Notes: a model not told the origin generated them from the letters alone. A stretch of DNA of 64,000 bases from a virus (IMGVR_UViG_3300023275_000004:61619-125618), one strand, 5' to 3'; positions 14,500-24,270 are shown, numbered from the stretch's first letter. Numbers and translations: made by a program.

Positions 14500-16509
14500 T
14501 CAAGCTACCTTCTCAGCAGTGAAGTGTGAACCAATATCCAAGATCGCTGTACCTGATGCTCCACTTCTAGCCCATTTTACAGCAAACGTTCCAGCAGTGG
14601 TAACAGTGTAAATAAGTCGTTCCATTATCATTTCACCGTTAGTTCCGTTAGTTCCATAAACTAGAGCTGTGCCAGGACCGTATCCGGAATTCATCAAAAT
14701 TACCTTGTCAGCAGTTCCTGTTACGGCAGAAAGAGATGCGTTAGGACCAATATTAATTCTATTCAAAGTTGTTCCTGTTGGAACAGTATAAGCTACCTGG
14801 AAATCACAGGTTACATCTGAAGCCGTATTGGTCTTGAATGCCAAAGCTACTTCAATTACCCACGTTCCCAAGCTTAACGTAGTTGTCAGCATATCATCAT
14901 CTGACAAGGTTGTACTAGTTCTACCCGCGTGAGCGGATGTCCTCCACAAAGTAATTCTAGACCCTATGCCCGCTACTGACAAGTTTCCTGTCAGAGTAGC
15001 ATTCGGAGCCGTAACTGTTCCTGTGAAGGTTGGACTCGCCAAAGGAGCTTTAAGATCCAACGCGGCCTGAGTCAGAGTAGAAATAGGCTTTGCTGTATCC
15101 GCTGTATTATCAACGTTACCCAATCCTACCATACTCTTAGAGATACCTGCTACCGTACCTGTAAAGGTCGGAGAAGCAAGGTTAGCCTTAAGGTCTAAAG
15201 CAGTTTGCTGAGCTGTGCTTACTGGCTTAGCTGTGTCGGCAGTATTATCCACACTACCCAAGCCAACCATTGATTTAGTTATTCCCGATACTGTACCAGA
15301 AAAGGTTGGTGACGCAAGATTAGCCTTCAAGTTCAAGGCTGTCTGCTGAGCAGTTGACACCGGCTTAGCTGTATCTGCCGTATTGTCAACATTAGCTAGA
15401 CCAACATCACTCTTAGTAAGAGCCAGATCAGATTTGAACTGAGTGACTGATCTGTTAGTCCAAACTCCCGCCTTACGCTGAATAATATCATCGTTAGTTG
15501 GAGCAATAGCAGCAATTGCTGTCAAATCAGAATCTAGAGCTTGCTTACCATCTAAAGCAGTCTGGGTAGCCGTAGAAATAGGCTTAGCTGTATCAGCAGT
15601 GTTATCAACATTACCTAAACTGACATCGCTCTTGGTAAGTACAACATCACCTGTACGGCCCGCAACGCTACTTACTGCCCCTCCTCCACCACCAGTATTA
15701 TCTGTTCCCCAAATAAGTCCTGTGGCCTGGGTGCTATCAGCCTTCAAGACAGAACCATTAGAGCCAACAGAAATTTTTGAAACTGAGCCTGCGCCAGTAG
15801 CTACTAAAATATCTCCTTTAGCAGCAGCTACGGTTAGCGGAACATAAGTAGTGTCATGGTTGTGAGTAGTGGCTGACTTGCCATTCAAGGCTGTCTGAGT
15901 AGCTGTAGAAATAGGCTTGTCTAGGTCCGCTGTATTGTCAACGTTAGCTAGACCCACCATGCTCTTCGTGATACCTGTAACGGTGCCTGTAAAGGCAGGA
16001 GAAGCCTTAGGAGCATAGCTTGACAGTGAGCTGGCTAGAGCATCATCTACAGCAGCATCAATAGCTGGTCCGGCTACATCTTCAATAGCTCCCGCTACAG
16101 CCTCGTTAAGATCGGCCTCACTAACATACCCTGCATGAGTGTGATTATAAGGTGCGTAAGAAATTCCTATTGATGCAGCTACAGGAAGAATATCTGACAG
16201 TGAAATAGATCCACCTGGAGCATTGTAAGGAATTCTAATACTAAAGGTACTGACACTCTCAGAGAGATTTACGCTTACCTTGTAAGTCCAGTCAACCGGA
16301 GTCCAAGCTGGGTCATCCGTAGCGGGCACTTGAATAGTGAAGTGCCCTGCTCCGTTTAGCTCAGCAGAAATTTCGCTAGGTGCCATGATGTCTGAGCTGC
16401 TGTTATGTTGAACAAACTGCTTAGACCTAAAAATTATCGTGCCGCTTTCGGGCGTACCATCCAGCTTTAAGTACGTCCCTACTACGGTAATCAGTGTTGG
16501 AAGTGCCAT
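14500..16509 (-). CDS. tail fibre-like protein with VGLGNVDNTADTAKP repeats
   Basis: five repeats of about 45 aa; C-terminal domain shared with minor tail proteins. Confidence 0.75.
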   Translation of the reverse strand: MALPTLITVVGTYLKLDGTPESGTIIFRSKQFVQHNSSSDIMAPSEISAELNGAGHFTIQVPATDDPAWTPVDWTYKVSVNLSESVSTFSIRIPYNAPGGSISLSDILPVAASIGISYAPYNHTHAGYVSEADLNEAVAGAIEDVAGPAIDAAVDDALASSLSSYAPKASPAFTGTVTGITKSMVGLANVDNTADLDKPISTATQTALNGKSATTHNHDTTYVPLTVAAAKGDILVATGAGSVSKISVGSNGSVLKADSTQATGLIWGTDNTGGGGGAVSSVAGRTGDVVLTKSDVSLGNVDNTADTAKPISTATQTALDGKQALDSDLTAIAAIAPTNDDIIQRKAGVWTNRSVTQFKSDLALTKSDVGLANVDNTADTAKPVSTAQQTALNLKANLASPTFSGTVSGITKSMVGLGSVDNTADTAKPVSTAQQTALDLKANLASPTFTGTVAGISKSMVGLGNVDNTADTAKPISTLTQAALDLKAPLASPTFTGTVTAPNATLTGNLSVAGIGSRITLWRTSAHAGRTSTTLSDDDMLTTTLSLGTWVIEVALAFKTNTASDVTCDFQVAYTVPTGTTLNRINIGPNASLSAVTGTADKVILMNSGYGPGTALVYGTNGTNGEMIMERLIYTVTTAGTFAVKWARSGASGTAILDIGSHFTAEKVA

Positions 16510-16557
16510 GCTAGATTCCTACCTGTCTCCGGGAACTTGAGTCCTTCTTATTACTGG

Positions 16558-17181
16558 TCAAACAACTGAGTCAATTATGGCAGGAACCTCCGAAGTACCA
16601 TTCCAAACCGAGATATTACCAACCGGAAGTTCAGCAGAACCATTCCATACACTAACAAGTTGACCAGAACTCTCTGGTATAAAATCAATGTCCAGGAAAT
16701 ATCCTCCAGAATTATATTGATCCGTTGGCATTATAGGAGTTACCAATCCAACAGACTGATTATAATCATGAAAGCGACCAGCTTGCGCAATAGCTGTAAT
16801 GTGTCCGTTAGTATAGTTTACTGGAAAATAACCCGGAGAAGCTGTATACCTATCAGTTACTACAGAGAAAATATAGTCTTCGTCAGCATTAATGTTCCAT
16901 CCTGTAACTGCATAGTGATTCCATTCACCTAAGAATAAATCATCAAACTGAGCTGTTGCAATAACAGTAGAAGTAGCTACTCGCCATAACTGAGCTTTAA
17001 TAGGAATAACATCATGATTTAATGTACCTGGATAATTATTGGGCATACGCCAATGTACCTGAGGTATACTCCCTGCAACATCAGAACGAAACCGTGTTCC
17101 TATACAATAAGTTGTATTATCCGAGGCGTCATCTGATACTGGCTGGTCAGCGCCAAAAATTAACCCGCCTACATTAGCCAT
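16558..17181 (-). CDS. DUF4082-like domain protein (probable virion accessory)
   Basis: IGTRFRSDVAG...YFLDIDF motifs. Confidence 0.65.
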   Translation of the reverse strand: MANVGGLIFGADQPVSDDASDNTTYCIGTRFRSDVAGSIPQVHWRMPNNYPGTLNHDVIPIKAQLWRVATSTVIATAQFDDLFLGEWNHYAVTGWNINADEDYIFSVVTDRYTASPGYFPVNYTNGHITAIAQAGRFHDYNQSVGLVTPIMPTDQYNSGGYFLDIDFIPESSGQLVSVWNGSAELPVGNISVWNGTSEVPAIIDSVV

Positions 17182-18176
17182 TACGACAACCTCACAATTA
17201 CAGTGCCTGCGCGTGTTCCTCCTGGAACTGGAGCACCCGAGGCTAACACTAGAACGTCAACCTTAGCATCCAGGGCTGCTTGTTGAGCCGTACTTACAGG
17301 CTTAGCGGAATCCGCAGTATTATCTACATTTCCTAGCCCAACGTGAGCCTTAGTAATACCTGTTGGCGTTCCAGTAAAGATTGGACTCACTAAAGTTTTA
17401 TTTGACAGTGTAGCTGAAGCAGAATTTTTTGTGCTATCACTAGTGTTGTCAACATTTCCCAGACCTACGTGAGTTTTTGTTACGCCAACTACCGTGCCGG
17501 TAAACGTTGGATTAGCTAGCGGAGCTTTCAAAGAAACTGCTGTGGTCATAGAAGCTAAATCCTCAGTAAGGTCCACGATCTGATTCTGATTAAGAGTCAC
17601 CGTATCAGTACCACCACTAGAATGGGTAGCTGCGTGAGTTGTAGACGCTGCCCCTATAGCTGCGGCAGTAGGTAGTGCAGGAGTACCGTGTGAGTGGTCA
17701 TTTCTGGCGTACTTAGTTCCTACTCCTACAACACTCGACTGACCATAAGAAGTTCCTGAAACCACTGTAGTAGCTGGATCTGCTCCACTGCCTCCGCCTT
17801 CGTGAGTATGATTGTAGGGCGCATAGAGATTGCCGCTTGAAGGCCCTACAGGGAGCAAGTGAGAAAGCTCTAGAATGCCCTCTGAAACGTCATAAGGCAC
17901 CATCGCTGAAAAGGTATAGACACTTTCAGAAAGGCGTAGATGAACTTCATAGGTCCAAGTTGAAGGAGACCATTCAGGATCATTGGTAGCTGGTACCTGA
18001 ATAGCCACTGATCCATCGGGGCCAAGAGTTGCCTTGAGTAAGCTAGGAACCATCACAGTCGCATCTTCAGAAGACAACGAAAAAACTTTTGAACGAAAAT
18101 AGACGGTACCCTCTTCAGGAGTACCGTCAAGCTTTAGATATGTGCCCTGAACTGTGATTAAGGTAGGACGAGTCAT
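17181..18176 (-). CDS. tail fibre-like protein, paralogue of 14500..16509
   Basis: closely similar N-terminus PTLITVxGTYLKLDGTPE, same repeats. Confidence 0.75.
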   Translation of the reverse strand: MTRPTLITVQGTYLKLDGTPEEGTVYFRSKVFSLSSEDATVMVPSLLKATLGPDGSVAIQVPATNDPEWSPSTWTYEVHLRLSESVYTFSAMVPYDVSEGILELSHLLPVGPSSGNLYAPYNHTHEGGGSGADPATTVVSGTSYGQSSVVGVGTKYARNDHSHGTPALPTAAAIGAASTTHAATHSSGGTDTVTLNQNQIVDLTEDLASMTTAVSLKAPLANPTFTGTVVGVTKTHVGLGNVDNTSDSTKNSASATLSNKTLVSPIFTGTPTGITKAHVGLGNVDNTADSAKPVSTAQQAALDAKVDVLVLASGAPVPGGTRAGTVIVRLS

Positions 18177-18188
18177 GGCAAAAGCCTA

Positions 18189-18233
18189 TCTTCTGGAGCT
18201 GACTGTATCCTTAATACTATCGGCTCCAGAAGA
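18189..18233 (-). promoter_or_regulatory. hairpin containing CCGAT motif upstream of fibre operon
   Basis: TCTTCTGGAGC/GCTCCAGAAGA 11-bp stem, GCCGATAG at start of loop. Confidence 0.65.
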
Positions 18234-18235
18234 CA

Positions 18236-18673
18236 TCACTTTCTGAGATCGTCCCACTTAGGTGTGTATGGCTTCCATAGAAGTTTCATACCCGCCTCAG
18301 CAGGAGTCTTGTTATCTTTCTTACTGTTGCACTTATGGCAAGCAGCAACAGTGTTCTTCCAAGCATTCTTTCCACCACGCGAACGTGGAAGTACGTGGTC
18401 GATCGTTGTAGCTTTTGACTCACAGTACGCACACAGGTTATTATCCCTGCGCATTACTCCACCTTTGGTCCACTTAGGGGAGCGGTTGTAACGCCACGAT
18501 GTTACAACGTACTGAATTAGGCGAAGAACCCTAGGCTTCGGGAACACACCCATTAAGTCATCCTCCGCTTCGTGAATAACCGCAACCTTACGTACGATCA
18601 TCCGGATAGCGTGCTTGAGATCGACTGAATGGAGTGGCACGAAGTCTGCGTTTAAAACCATTACAGAAGTCAT
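18236..18673 (-). CDS. HNH endonuclease
   Basis: RDNNLCAYC, TIDHVLPRSRGG, CHKCNSKK. Confidence 0.9.
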   Translation of the reverse strand: MTSVMVLNADFVPLHSVDLKHAIRMIVRKVAVIHEAEDDLMGVFPKPRVLRLIQYVVTSWRYNRSPKWTKGGVMRRDNNLCAYCESKATTIDHVLPRSRGGKNAWKNTVAACHKCNSKKDNKTPAEAGMKLLWKPYTPKWDDLRK

Positions 18674-18906
18674 TCTACCCTCCATCTTTTATAATTATTG
18701 AAATTTTGTGAGCTACTAAGATAGTATCCTGAATCTTAGTAGGGTCTGACTATAACTTAGGACCGCTTCGCCTATCAGTCTCGGCTAGGCTGCCGCTATT
18801 ACACCATCGTTGAGTGGGGGCATTGAGCATATAATCATCACATCAGTAGGTCCAGCCGTCACCGCTAGGTGTTTAGGAAATTTTCCTAAGATCACGACCT
18901 ACTACG

Positions 18907-18976
18907 TGGACAAGGTCGGAATCGAACCGACTTCAACTTCCTTGCAAAAGAAGTCCGCTACCTCAGCGTCAAGCCC
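18907..18976 (-). tRNA. tRNA-Ala (TGC), short D arm
   Basis: G3.U70, loop TT-TGC-AA, two U-U mismatches in acceptor, 70 nt. Confidence 0.75.
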
Positions 18977-18989
18977 ATTATTTAATTTG

Positions 18990-19162
18990 TCGCGTGTAGA
19001 AGGATTTTAACCCCCGACCACTATTGGCGATTTCGCTACTTACCTGTAATCCTTAAACGTTGTCAGACTCAGGAGTTTTCACTAATAACGTTATCCAATA
19101 GCCGCTCTGTTACATCCGCAGATAATTCAGATTTTCCTTCTGACTTCGGGCGCATACACACG
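18990..19162 (-). ncRNA. enlarged (about 170 nt) tRNA-like RNA
   Basis: terminal helix CGTGTGTA/TACACGCG-A, T-like arm GGGGG-TTAAAAT-CCTTC, central stem CTATTGG/CCAATAG with large insert. Confidence 0.5.
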
Positions 19163-19235
19163 TGGAGAATAAGGGATTTGAACCCTTGACCTTCGGCATG
19201 CCATACCGACGCTCTACCAACTGAGCTAAGACCCC
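19163..19235 (-). tRNA. tRNA-Ala (GGC)
   Basis: G3.U70, TCGGT-ATGGCAT-GCCGA. Confidence 0.92.
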
Positions 19236-19306
19236 ATGGGAAAGATACATCTAGCAACAAATCAAATTCAGCCCACATGGACAAGTAATTTACTGTGTAT
19301 CTAACG

Positions 19307-19379
19307 TACCCCCGACAGGATTTGAACCTGCGACATTCGGTTTAGAAGACCGACGTTCTATCCGCTGAACTACGGGGGC
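19307..19379 (-). tRNA. tRNA-Arg (TCT)
   Basis: TCGGT-CTTCTAA-ACCGA. Confidence 0.94.
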
Positions 19380-19484
19380 AAGCAGCAGTTTTACGGATCT
19401 GCCAACCTAGTAAATTTTAGGACTTGCCACCCGGCTTGTCAAGTGACTTCCGGCCTACCTAAGGCTTACCAACCTGTATGCTCA

Positions 19485-19682
19485 TCAAGCGTCGTCATCG
19501 TGCCTAGCGGTAATATCCCAATAGTTTCTGAAGCGATCTGTGAAGATAACTCCATCCGCAATCTTCTTCTTACCTTCCTTGGTACGAAGGAACTTCTCTG
19601 TAACCTGAGCCGCACCTGAAAGATCAGGACGCTTATCAGGTTCCAAGTCCATGTAGTTGACTACATCACTAATGTCAGCCAT
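19485..19682 (-). CDS. hypothetical protein
   Basis: 65 aa, RBS AAGGAGG. Confidence 0.7.
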   Translation of the reverse strand: MADISDVVNYMDLEPDKRPDLSGAAQVTEKFLRTKEGKKKIADGVIFTDRFRNYWDITARHDDDA

Positions 19683-19703
19683 TGTGGCCTCCTTACCTAG
19701 ACT

Positions 19704-19732
19704 ATATTACTAGATAAATCGGCCCGTGTCAA
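19704..19732 (-). promoter_or_regulatory. sigma70-type promoter with nested GCCGAT motif
   Basis: TTGACA-17bp-TAATAT; CCGAT at 19718-19722. Confidence 0.6.
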
Positions 19733-19921
19733 GCACTACCGTCTCATGATCGCAGTAGTTAGATCTAGGTTCATCGCTCTCTTGAACAAATCCAGCTCTT
19801 TTTTGCGGCAGGCAGCAGACCTAACCTCGTGCCAGCCGTTAGCTTCTGTGCCTGGCTTACAACCACAAGTCAGAGTCTTCACTGCCTACCTCCTAGATCT
19901 TCTTTTTAGGCTTCCAGTCTT

Positions 19922-20101
19922 TCACTGAAAGTCCTCCAGGTATTCTTTCCAGTCTGCCCTAAGTTCTTCAAGGCTCTTGGCGGAATCCAGTCTAGCTGTT
20001 CTAAGAAACCTTAGAATAATTCCCTCAAGCCTCTCAACTTTGTACTCAGCCTGGTCAGCCCGCTCTTCGTAAGTTTCAGCCTTCACAAGCGATACACTCA
20101 T
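19922..20101 (-). CDS. hypothetical protein
   Basis: ORF trimmed to ATG 20101 behind AAAGG; short overlap with nrdA end. Confidence 0.5.
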   Translation of the reverse strand: MSVSLVKAETYEERADQAEYKVERLEGIILRFLRTARLDSAKSLEELRADWKEYLEDFQ

Positions 20102-21782
20102 CCTTTGCTGCCTGAACTCCTGCCTGACTACGCATGTAGTATAGACCCTTGATCCTTGGGTCCTCGGCAGCAGCTCTGTGAATCTGCGAAATATACTTAG
20201 GATCTTCGTCAGCAGCAAAGAACAGGTTCAACGACTGACTCTGATCGATGTACTTTTGGCGAGCCGAAGCTAGCCTAAGCAACGCCATCTGATCAATCTC
20301 AAAAGCTGTCCTGAAAACCAACTTCTCTTCATCATTCAACCAGTCTACACCAAGAATACTGCCCTTGGCATCTACTAAGGCGTTGATCGTCTCCTTATTG
20401 TAAACTCCACGCTCCTTCATCACCTTTAGAAGCGAAGGATTAATTCTCTGAATCTCACCAGCAGCCGTGTTCTGATTGAAAACATTAGCTACGACTGGCT
20501 CAATTCCCTGAGAAACACCACCACAGATTAGCGCAGTAGACATATTTGGAGCAATAGCCAGTAGGTGCGTGTTCCTACGTCCATAACCCTTGCACCACTC
20601 AGGCTCGCCAGCAGCACTTGCCATCCACTCAGAAGCCTTCTCAGCCTGAGCACGGATGTCACTGTAGATAGCGTTATTGATAGCGTGCGCCTGCATAGAC
20701 TCGATAGAAATCATTCTGTCCTGAAGGTAGGTATGGAATCCCATAGTTCCTAGTCCAAGAGCGCGAGACTTCTCAGTAAATCTAACAGCTCTCTCAAATC
20801 CAGGAATGTCCTTAGCCTGCCTCATAAAGGCTTCCGCAACACAATCAAGGAAAATTATGGACAAGTTTACAGCGTCCGTATCCTTCCAGTCATCGTAGTA
20901 GCGCAGATTCATCGAAGATAGTACGCAGGTGAAGGTGTGGTCCTCATCTGAGTACAGAGAAATTTCTGAGCAAAGGTTACTGGCCTTTACCTTCATGTCA
21001 CGATCCTTATACATGTCAGGATTCTGCGCGTTCACCTTATCGATGAACAACATATAACCCTTACCTGTAATCTTACGAATCTTCATGATCTTCTGGTAAC
21101 GCTGGATGGCATCCTTGTCACCCTTGTTTAGACGCTCAATAAAAGAATTTGGAATGATCCACCCAATATTGAAGTCATCAGGATTATTGAGTAGGTGATC
21201 CGAAACCTCAAAAAAATCTCCGTGATCTATCTCAAGGTACCCTGCCCACGAGCCGCGACGGACGTTTCCCTGAGAAACATCTCGCATATCCTGCACGAAG
21301 CCCAAGAAAACTGGCAGCGATCCTGAAGCCTTACCTCCAGCAGAAATTTCTGAGCCTCGTGGACGAATGTCTCCCATATAGGCTGAACTACCGAAACCAT
21401 ACTTGGTGAGCATCGCTGTCTCTAGTCGAGACGAGTAGAACCCGTATACAGAGTCCTCCACAACGCCACCAGAGCACGAAACTGGCATGCCCCTAGTCGT
21501 ACCAAGGTTAGCTAGCGCAGGAGTGCTAGGAGACAACCAGCCCTTCCACATAATATCGAAGAACGCTAGCGTCCAATAATCCGAGGTATTTCCATACAGC
21601 TCAGCAGCAATGTCTCCTGCTGTTCTTGCGACTTGCTGATAACGCTGCTTTAGGCTCTGCCCTGGCAACGTGTACTTCTCCATGAACATCTGATAGCCGC
21701 CAGTAGTGTACCAATCTGGTACCTCTCCCTTGGCCTGAAGTTCTTTACGCTCCTCAGAGAGCTTGCTGTATAGGGATGCCAT
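20076..21782 (-). CDS. nrdA: class I ribonucleotide reductase large subunit
   Basis: SPSTP, VSC, ASNLCSEI, AIAPN, LYY, C-terminal CxxC; no ATP cone. Confidence 0.95.
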   Translation of the reverse strand: MASLYSKLSEERKELQAKGEVPDWYTTGGYQMFMEKYTLPGQSLKQRYQQVARTAGDIAAELYGNTSDYWTLAFFDIMWKGWLSPSTPALANLGTTRGMPVSCSGGVVEDSVYGFYSSRLETAMLTKYGFGSSAYMGDIRPRGSEISAGGKASGSLPVFLGFVQDMRDVSQGNVRRGSWAGYLEIDHGDFFEVSDHLLNNPDDFNIGWIIPNSFIERLNKGDKDAIQRYQKIMKIRKITGKGYMLFIDKVNAQNPDMYKDRDMKVKASNLCSEISLYSDEDHTFTCVLSSMNLRYYDDWKDTDAVNLSIIFLDCVAEAFMRQAKDIPGFERAVRFTEKSRALGLGTMGFHTYLQDRMISIESMQAHAINNAIYSDIRAQAEKASEWMASAAGEPEWCKGYGRRNTHLLAIAPNMSTALICGGVSQGIEPVVANVFNQNTAAGEIQRINPSLLKVMKERGVYNKETINALVDAKGSILGVDWLNDEEKLVFRTAFEIDQMALLRLASARQKYIDQSQSLNLFFAADEDPKYISQIHRAAAEDPRIKGLYYMRSQAGVQAAKDECIACEG

Positions 21783-21794
21783 TATTTTATTTCC

Positions 21795-22769
21795 TCACCA
21801 ATTGAAATCTGACTCTTCCGCACCAGCGCGGTTGTACTCCGACCCGACTCCGGTAAAGAAGTCGTGAAGTTGATACATGTTAATTCCCTTGTAGAACCAA
21901 TCAGCGATCGGGTTTTCGCCAATCTCGAACGGCTTATCTACACCCAGATTTTCTAGGCAAGCGTTAAGCCTGGAACGTACAAACATACGAAGATCGTCAG
22001 CGTTGATACCTTCAATCTCACCCTTCTCAAAGATCATATCAATAATTCTGTCCTCGTGAAGAGCGATCCTGTGAGCTGTAGCTACTAGCTGGGCATCCAG
22101 CTCTGCTCTTGCGTCTGGAAGCATCTCCATCTCTGAAACTAGAGTGTTAAAGAGCCAGGCTCCAGCAGTAGCATGCAAATTTTCATCACGCACGCTGAAA
22201 TTAATTCCACGACAAACGTTGACCAACTTGTTCTTTCCATCTGACTGGAAGTGCTTCAGGAAGGCGAAGCTGCTGTATAGAACCGCTCCCTCAAGCATTG
22301 AGAAGGCTCCTACAGCCAGAGGAAGGTTACTCGTGTCATCAGCAACAGAGTTGACAAAGTCGATCCTCTCAGAGAGCACAGGATCACTAATGTACGAGTT
22401 ATAAAACTCCTCTGTGTTGAGCATCATGGCCTCATTGATTCGGTTATAGAAACGAGCGTGAATGCCGATCTCTACGAATCCGAACGTTGTGGACATAAAC
22501 TCAATATCAGGACGAGGGAAGGCTTTCTTAATTTTCTCCCCCCAATACTCATTACCTACGATAAGCTCATAAAGCGTAAATAGCTTAAGAACAGTAATGA
22601 CCCCGTGCGCTTCGGCAGGAGTCATATTAGCGCGTAGATCCTGAACGTCCTTTTCTACGGCAATTTCGGTGGGAAGCCAGTAAATATCCATCTGAGTTTC
22701 AGCGAACTTTGCGGCCTCTGGGTAATCGAATACGTACGCGGTCTTCTTTTCTGTGATACGGGGAGACAT
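21795..22769 (-). CDS. nrdB: class I ribonucleotide reductase small subunit
   Basis: WLPTE, E..H...Y, EG...YSSF, RDENLH, DFF. Confidence 0.95.
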   Translation of the reverse strand: MSPRITEKKTAYVFDYPEAAKFAETQMDIYWLPTEIAVEKDVQDLRANMTPAEAHGVITVLKLFTLYELIVGNEYWGEKIKKAFPRPDIEFMSTTFGFVEIGIHARFYNRINEAMMLNTEEFYNSYISDPVLSERIDFVNSVADDTSNLPLAVGAFSMLEGAVLYSSFAFLKHFQSDGKNKLVNVCRGINFSVRDENLHATAGAWLFNTLVSEMEMLPDARAELDAQLVATAHRIALHEDRIIDMIFEKGEIEGINADDLRMFVRSRLNACLENLGVDKPFEIGENPIADWFYKGINMYQLHDFFTGVGSEYNRAGAEESDFNW

Positions 22770-22920
22770 AAATTTCCTTCCGGCTTTTAGAGTTGCCTAT
22801 GAGTTATCGGCAAGAAACAAACCTTACAATCTTAAGCCTAGCAGAGAAAAATAAGCCCTCAAACTCTCTGATTTACAGAGAATTCAAAGGCTTGTTTATG
22901 CTGCTTAGAGGCTCATTACG

Positions 22921-22993
22921 TGCCCCCGACAGGACTCGAACCTGCAACCTACGGTTTAGGAAACCGGCGCTCTATCCATTGAGCTACGAAGGC
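22921..22993 (-). tRNA. tRNA-Arg (CCT)
   Basis: loop TT-CCT-AA. Confidence 0.9.
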
Positions 22994-22997
22994 AATG

Positions 22998-23270
22998 TTA
23001 CTTTCTTCTAATCCCGTACAAAGTCTTAGCATCAGATAAAGATTTCGGCATTCTCCTCGGTCTGTGACAAGAACAGTATCCAAATCTTTCATCGTGATTA
23101 ATGATCATAGCAACCTTACGCCACTGATTATCATTAGTCTTCCTGGGAGGCTTAAATGCTTTTCCCATATAAAGCATTTCAGTTTGACATAGTGGGCACA
23201 GAGTAGTTCTTTTAGCAGAAAACCTACAAGAGATACAAGTATAAGTTCCATTACTAGTAAGCAATGACAT
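22998..23270 (-). CDS. hypothetical Zn-finger protein
   Basis: CISC..CPLC..MGKAFKPPRK..W. Confidence 0.75.
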   Translation of the reverse strand: MSLLTSNGTYTCISCRFSAKRTTLCPLCQTEMLYMGKAFKPPRKTNDNQWRKVAMIINHDERFGYCSCHRPRRMPKSLSDAKTLYGIRRK

Positions 23271-23403
23271 TGCTACCTCCTGTAGGAATTTGCTCGTGGC
23301 TGGTCTGACTAGTCCTTGGGCTTATCCTGATCAGGGAGACCTGTTACCTCACCAGACAGTATTTTGGCATTAGCAGTCACTTCTACTGTTATAACAGACA
23401 GCG

Positions 23404-23475
23404 TCCCCCGAGAGAATTACGATATCTCGACCCGCCGATTAAAAGTCGGCTGCTCTTCCTCTGAGCTACCGGGGG
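23404..23475 (-). tRNA. tRNA-Lys (TTT), atypical T arm
   Basis: GCCGA-CTTTTAA-TCGGC; T arm GAGAT-ATCGTAA-TTCTC. Confidence 0.85.
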
Positions 23476-23537
23476 CTAAAAAGTGAGTACGCCCAACATC
23501 TTGCATGGCCTAGGCTCGGGCACTGTACTCACTTTAG

Positions 23538-23608
23538 TACGACGACAGGACTCGAACCTGCAACACCGGCTTATATGCCAGGGCTTTACCCACTTAAGCT
23601 ACGCCGCT
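23538..23608 (-). ncRNA. tRNA-like RNA with 6-nt anticodon loop (ATATAA), possibly Ile-related
   Basis: normal D and T arms, CTGGC-ATATAA-GCCGG, 6-bp acceptor. Confidence 0.6.
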
Positions 23609-23731
23609 AACAGGGTGCCAGCCCTGCTTTTTACATTTCGAGAGACCCGGACGGTTATCCACACTTTATGCTGGCACACAAGCTGATCTTGCTCGAACGT
23701 CTAGTAGTTAAATTTACTGTTATTTGTTAAG

Positions 23732-23803
23732 TACGCCGAGAGAATTACGATATCTCGCCCCCCTGATTAAGAGTCAGGTGCTCTTCCTCTGAGCTACCGG
23801 CGC
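23732..23803 (-). tRNA. tRNA-Lys (CTT), atypical T arm
   Basis: CCTGA-CTCTTAA-TCAGG; same T arm as Lys-TTT. Confidence 0.85.
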
Positions 23804-23851
23804 TTGATGAGAGTTCCAGATACAAAGTCAGTCACTCACAACCACCCAGCG

Positions 23852-23923
23852 TACGGGTAGAGAATTTTGAAATCCCGCCCTGCTGTGTGTAAGACAGCCG
23901 CTCTTCCTCTGAGCTATACCCGC
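23852..23923 (-). tRNA. tRNA-Val (TAC), atypical T arm
   Basis: GCTGT-CTTACAC-ACAGC; T arm GGGAT-TTCAAAA-TTCTC. Confidence 0.85.
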
Positions 23924-24055
23924 TTGTAGAGGTAGACCGGAGGATTGGTTACCTCATTCGGTCGCTAACGGGCTACCTCTTCTTATCACTGACTTGACAG
24001 ACCGTCTCCATATTACAAGCCGTTTTCTAAAACGGTGTTACCTTAATATTATACG

Positions 24056-24126
24056 CTCTCCCACCAGGACTCGAACCTAGATTAAGGCGTTAACAGCGCC
24101 CCGTCCTGCCATTGAACGATAGGAGA
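24056..24126 (-). tRNA. tRNA-Asn (GTT)
   Basis: loop CT-GTT-AA, G73. Confidence 0.9.
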
Positions 24127-24199
24127 TTAACCGGGGGTCAAGTATCAACAGAGCGTGATTCAGGAGCCCCGGCATCGTAAAGCTATGTAATTATCAACG

Positions 24200-24270
24200 C
24201 AGGGGTAGAGGGAGTCGAACCCCCGCTAACGGTTTTGGAGACCGTTGTGCTTCCGTAACACTTTACCCCT
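24200..24270 (-). tRNA. tRNA-Trp (CCA)
   Basis: ACGGT-CTCCAAA-ACCGT. Confidence 0.93.

Noticed and set aside
15000-16010. Repeats in the fibre gene as a diversity-generating retroelement or CRISPR array
   Set aside because: In-frame protein repeats differing mainly at synonymous positions; no reverse transcriptase in the window
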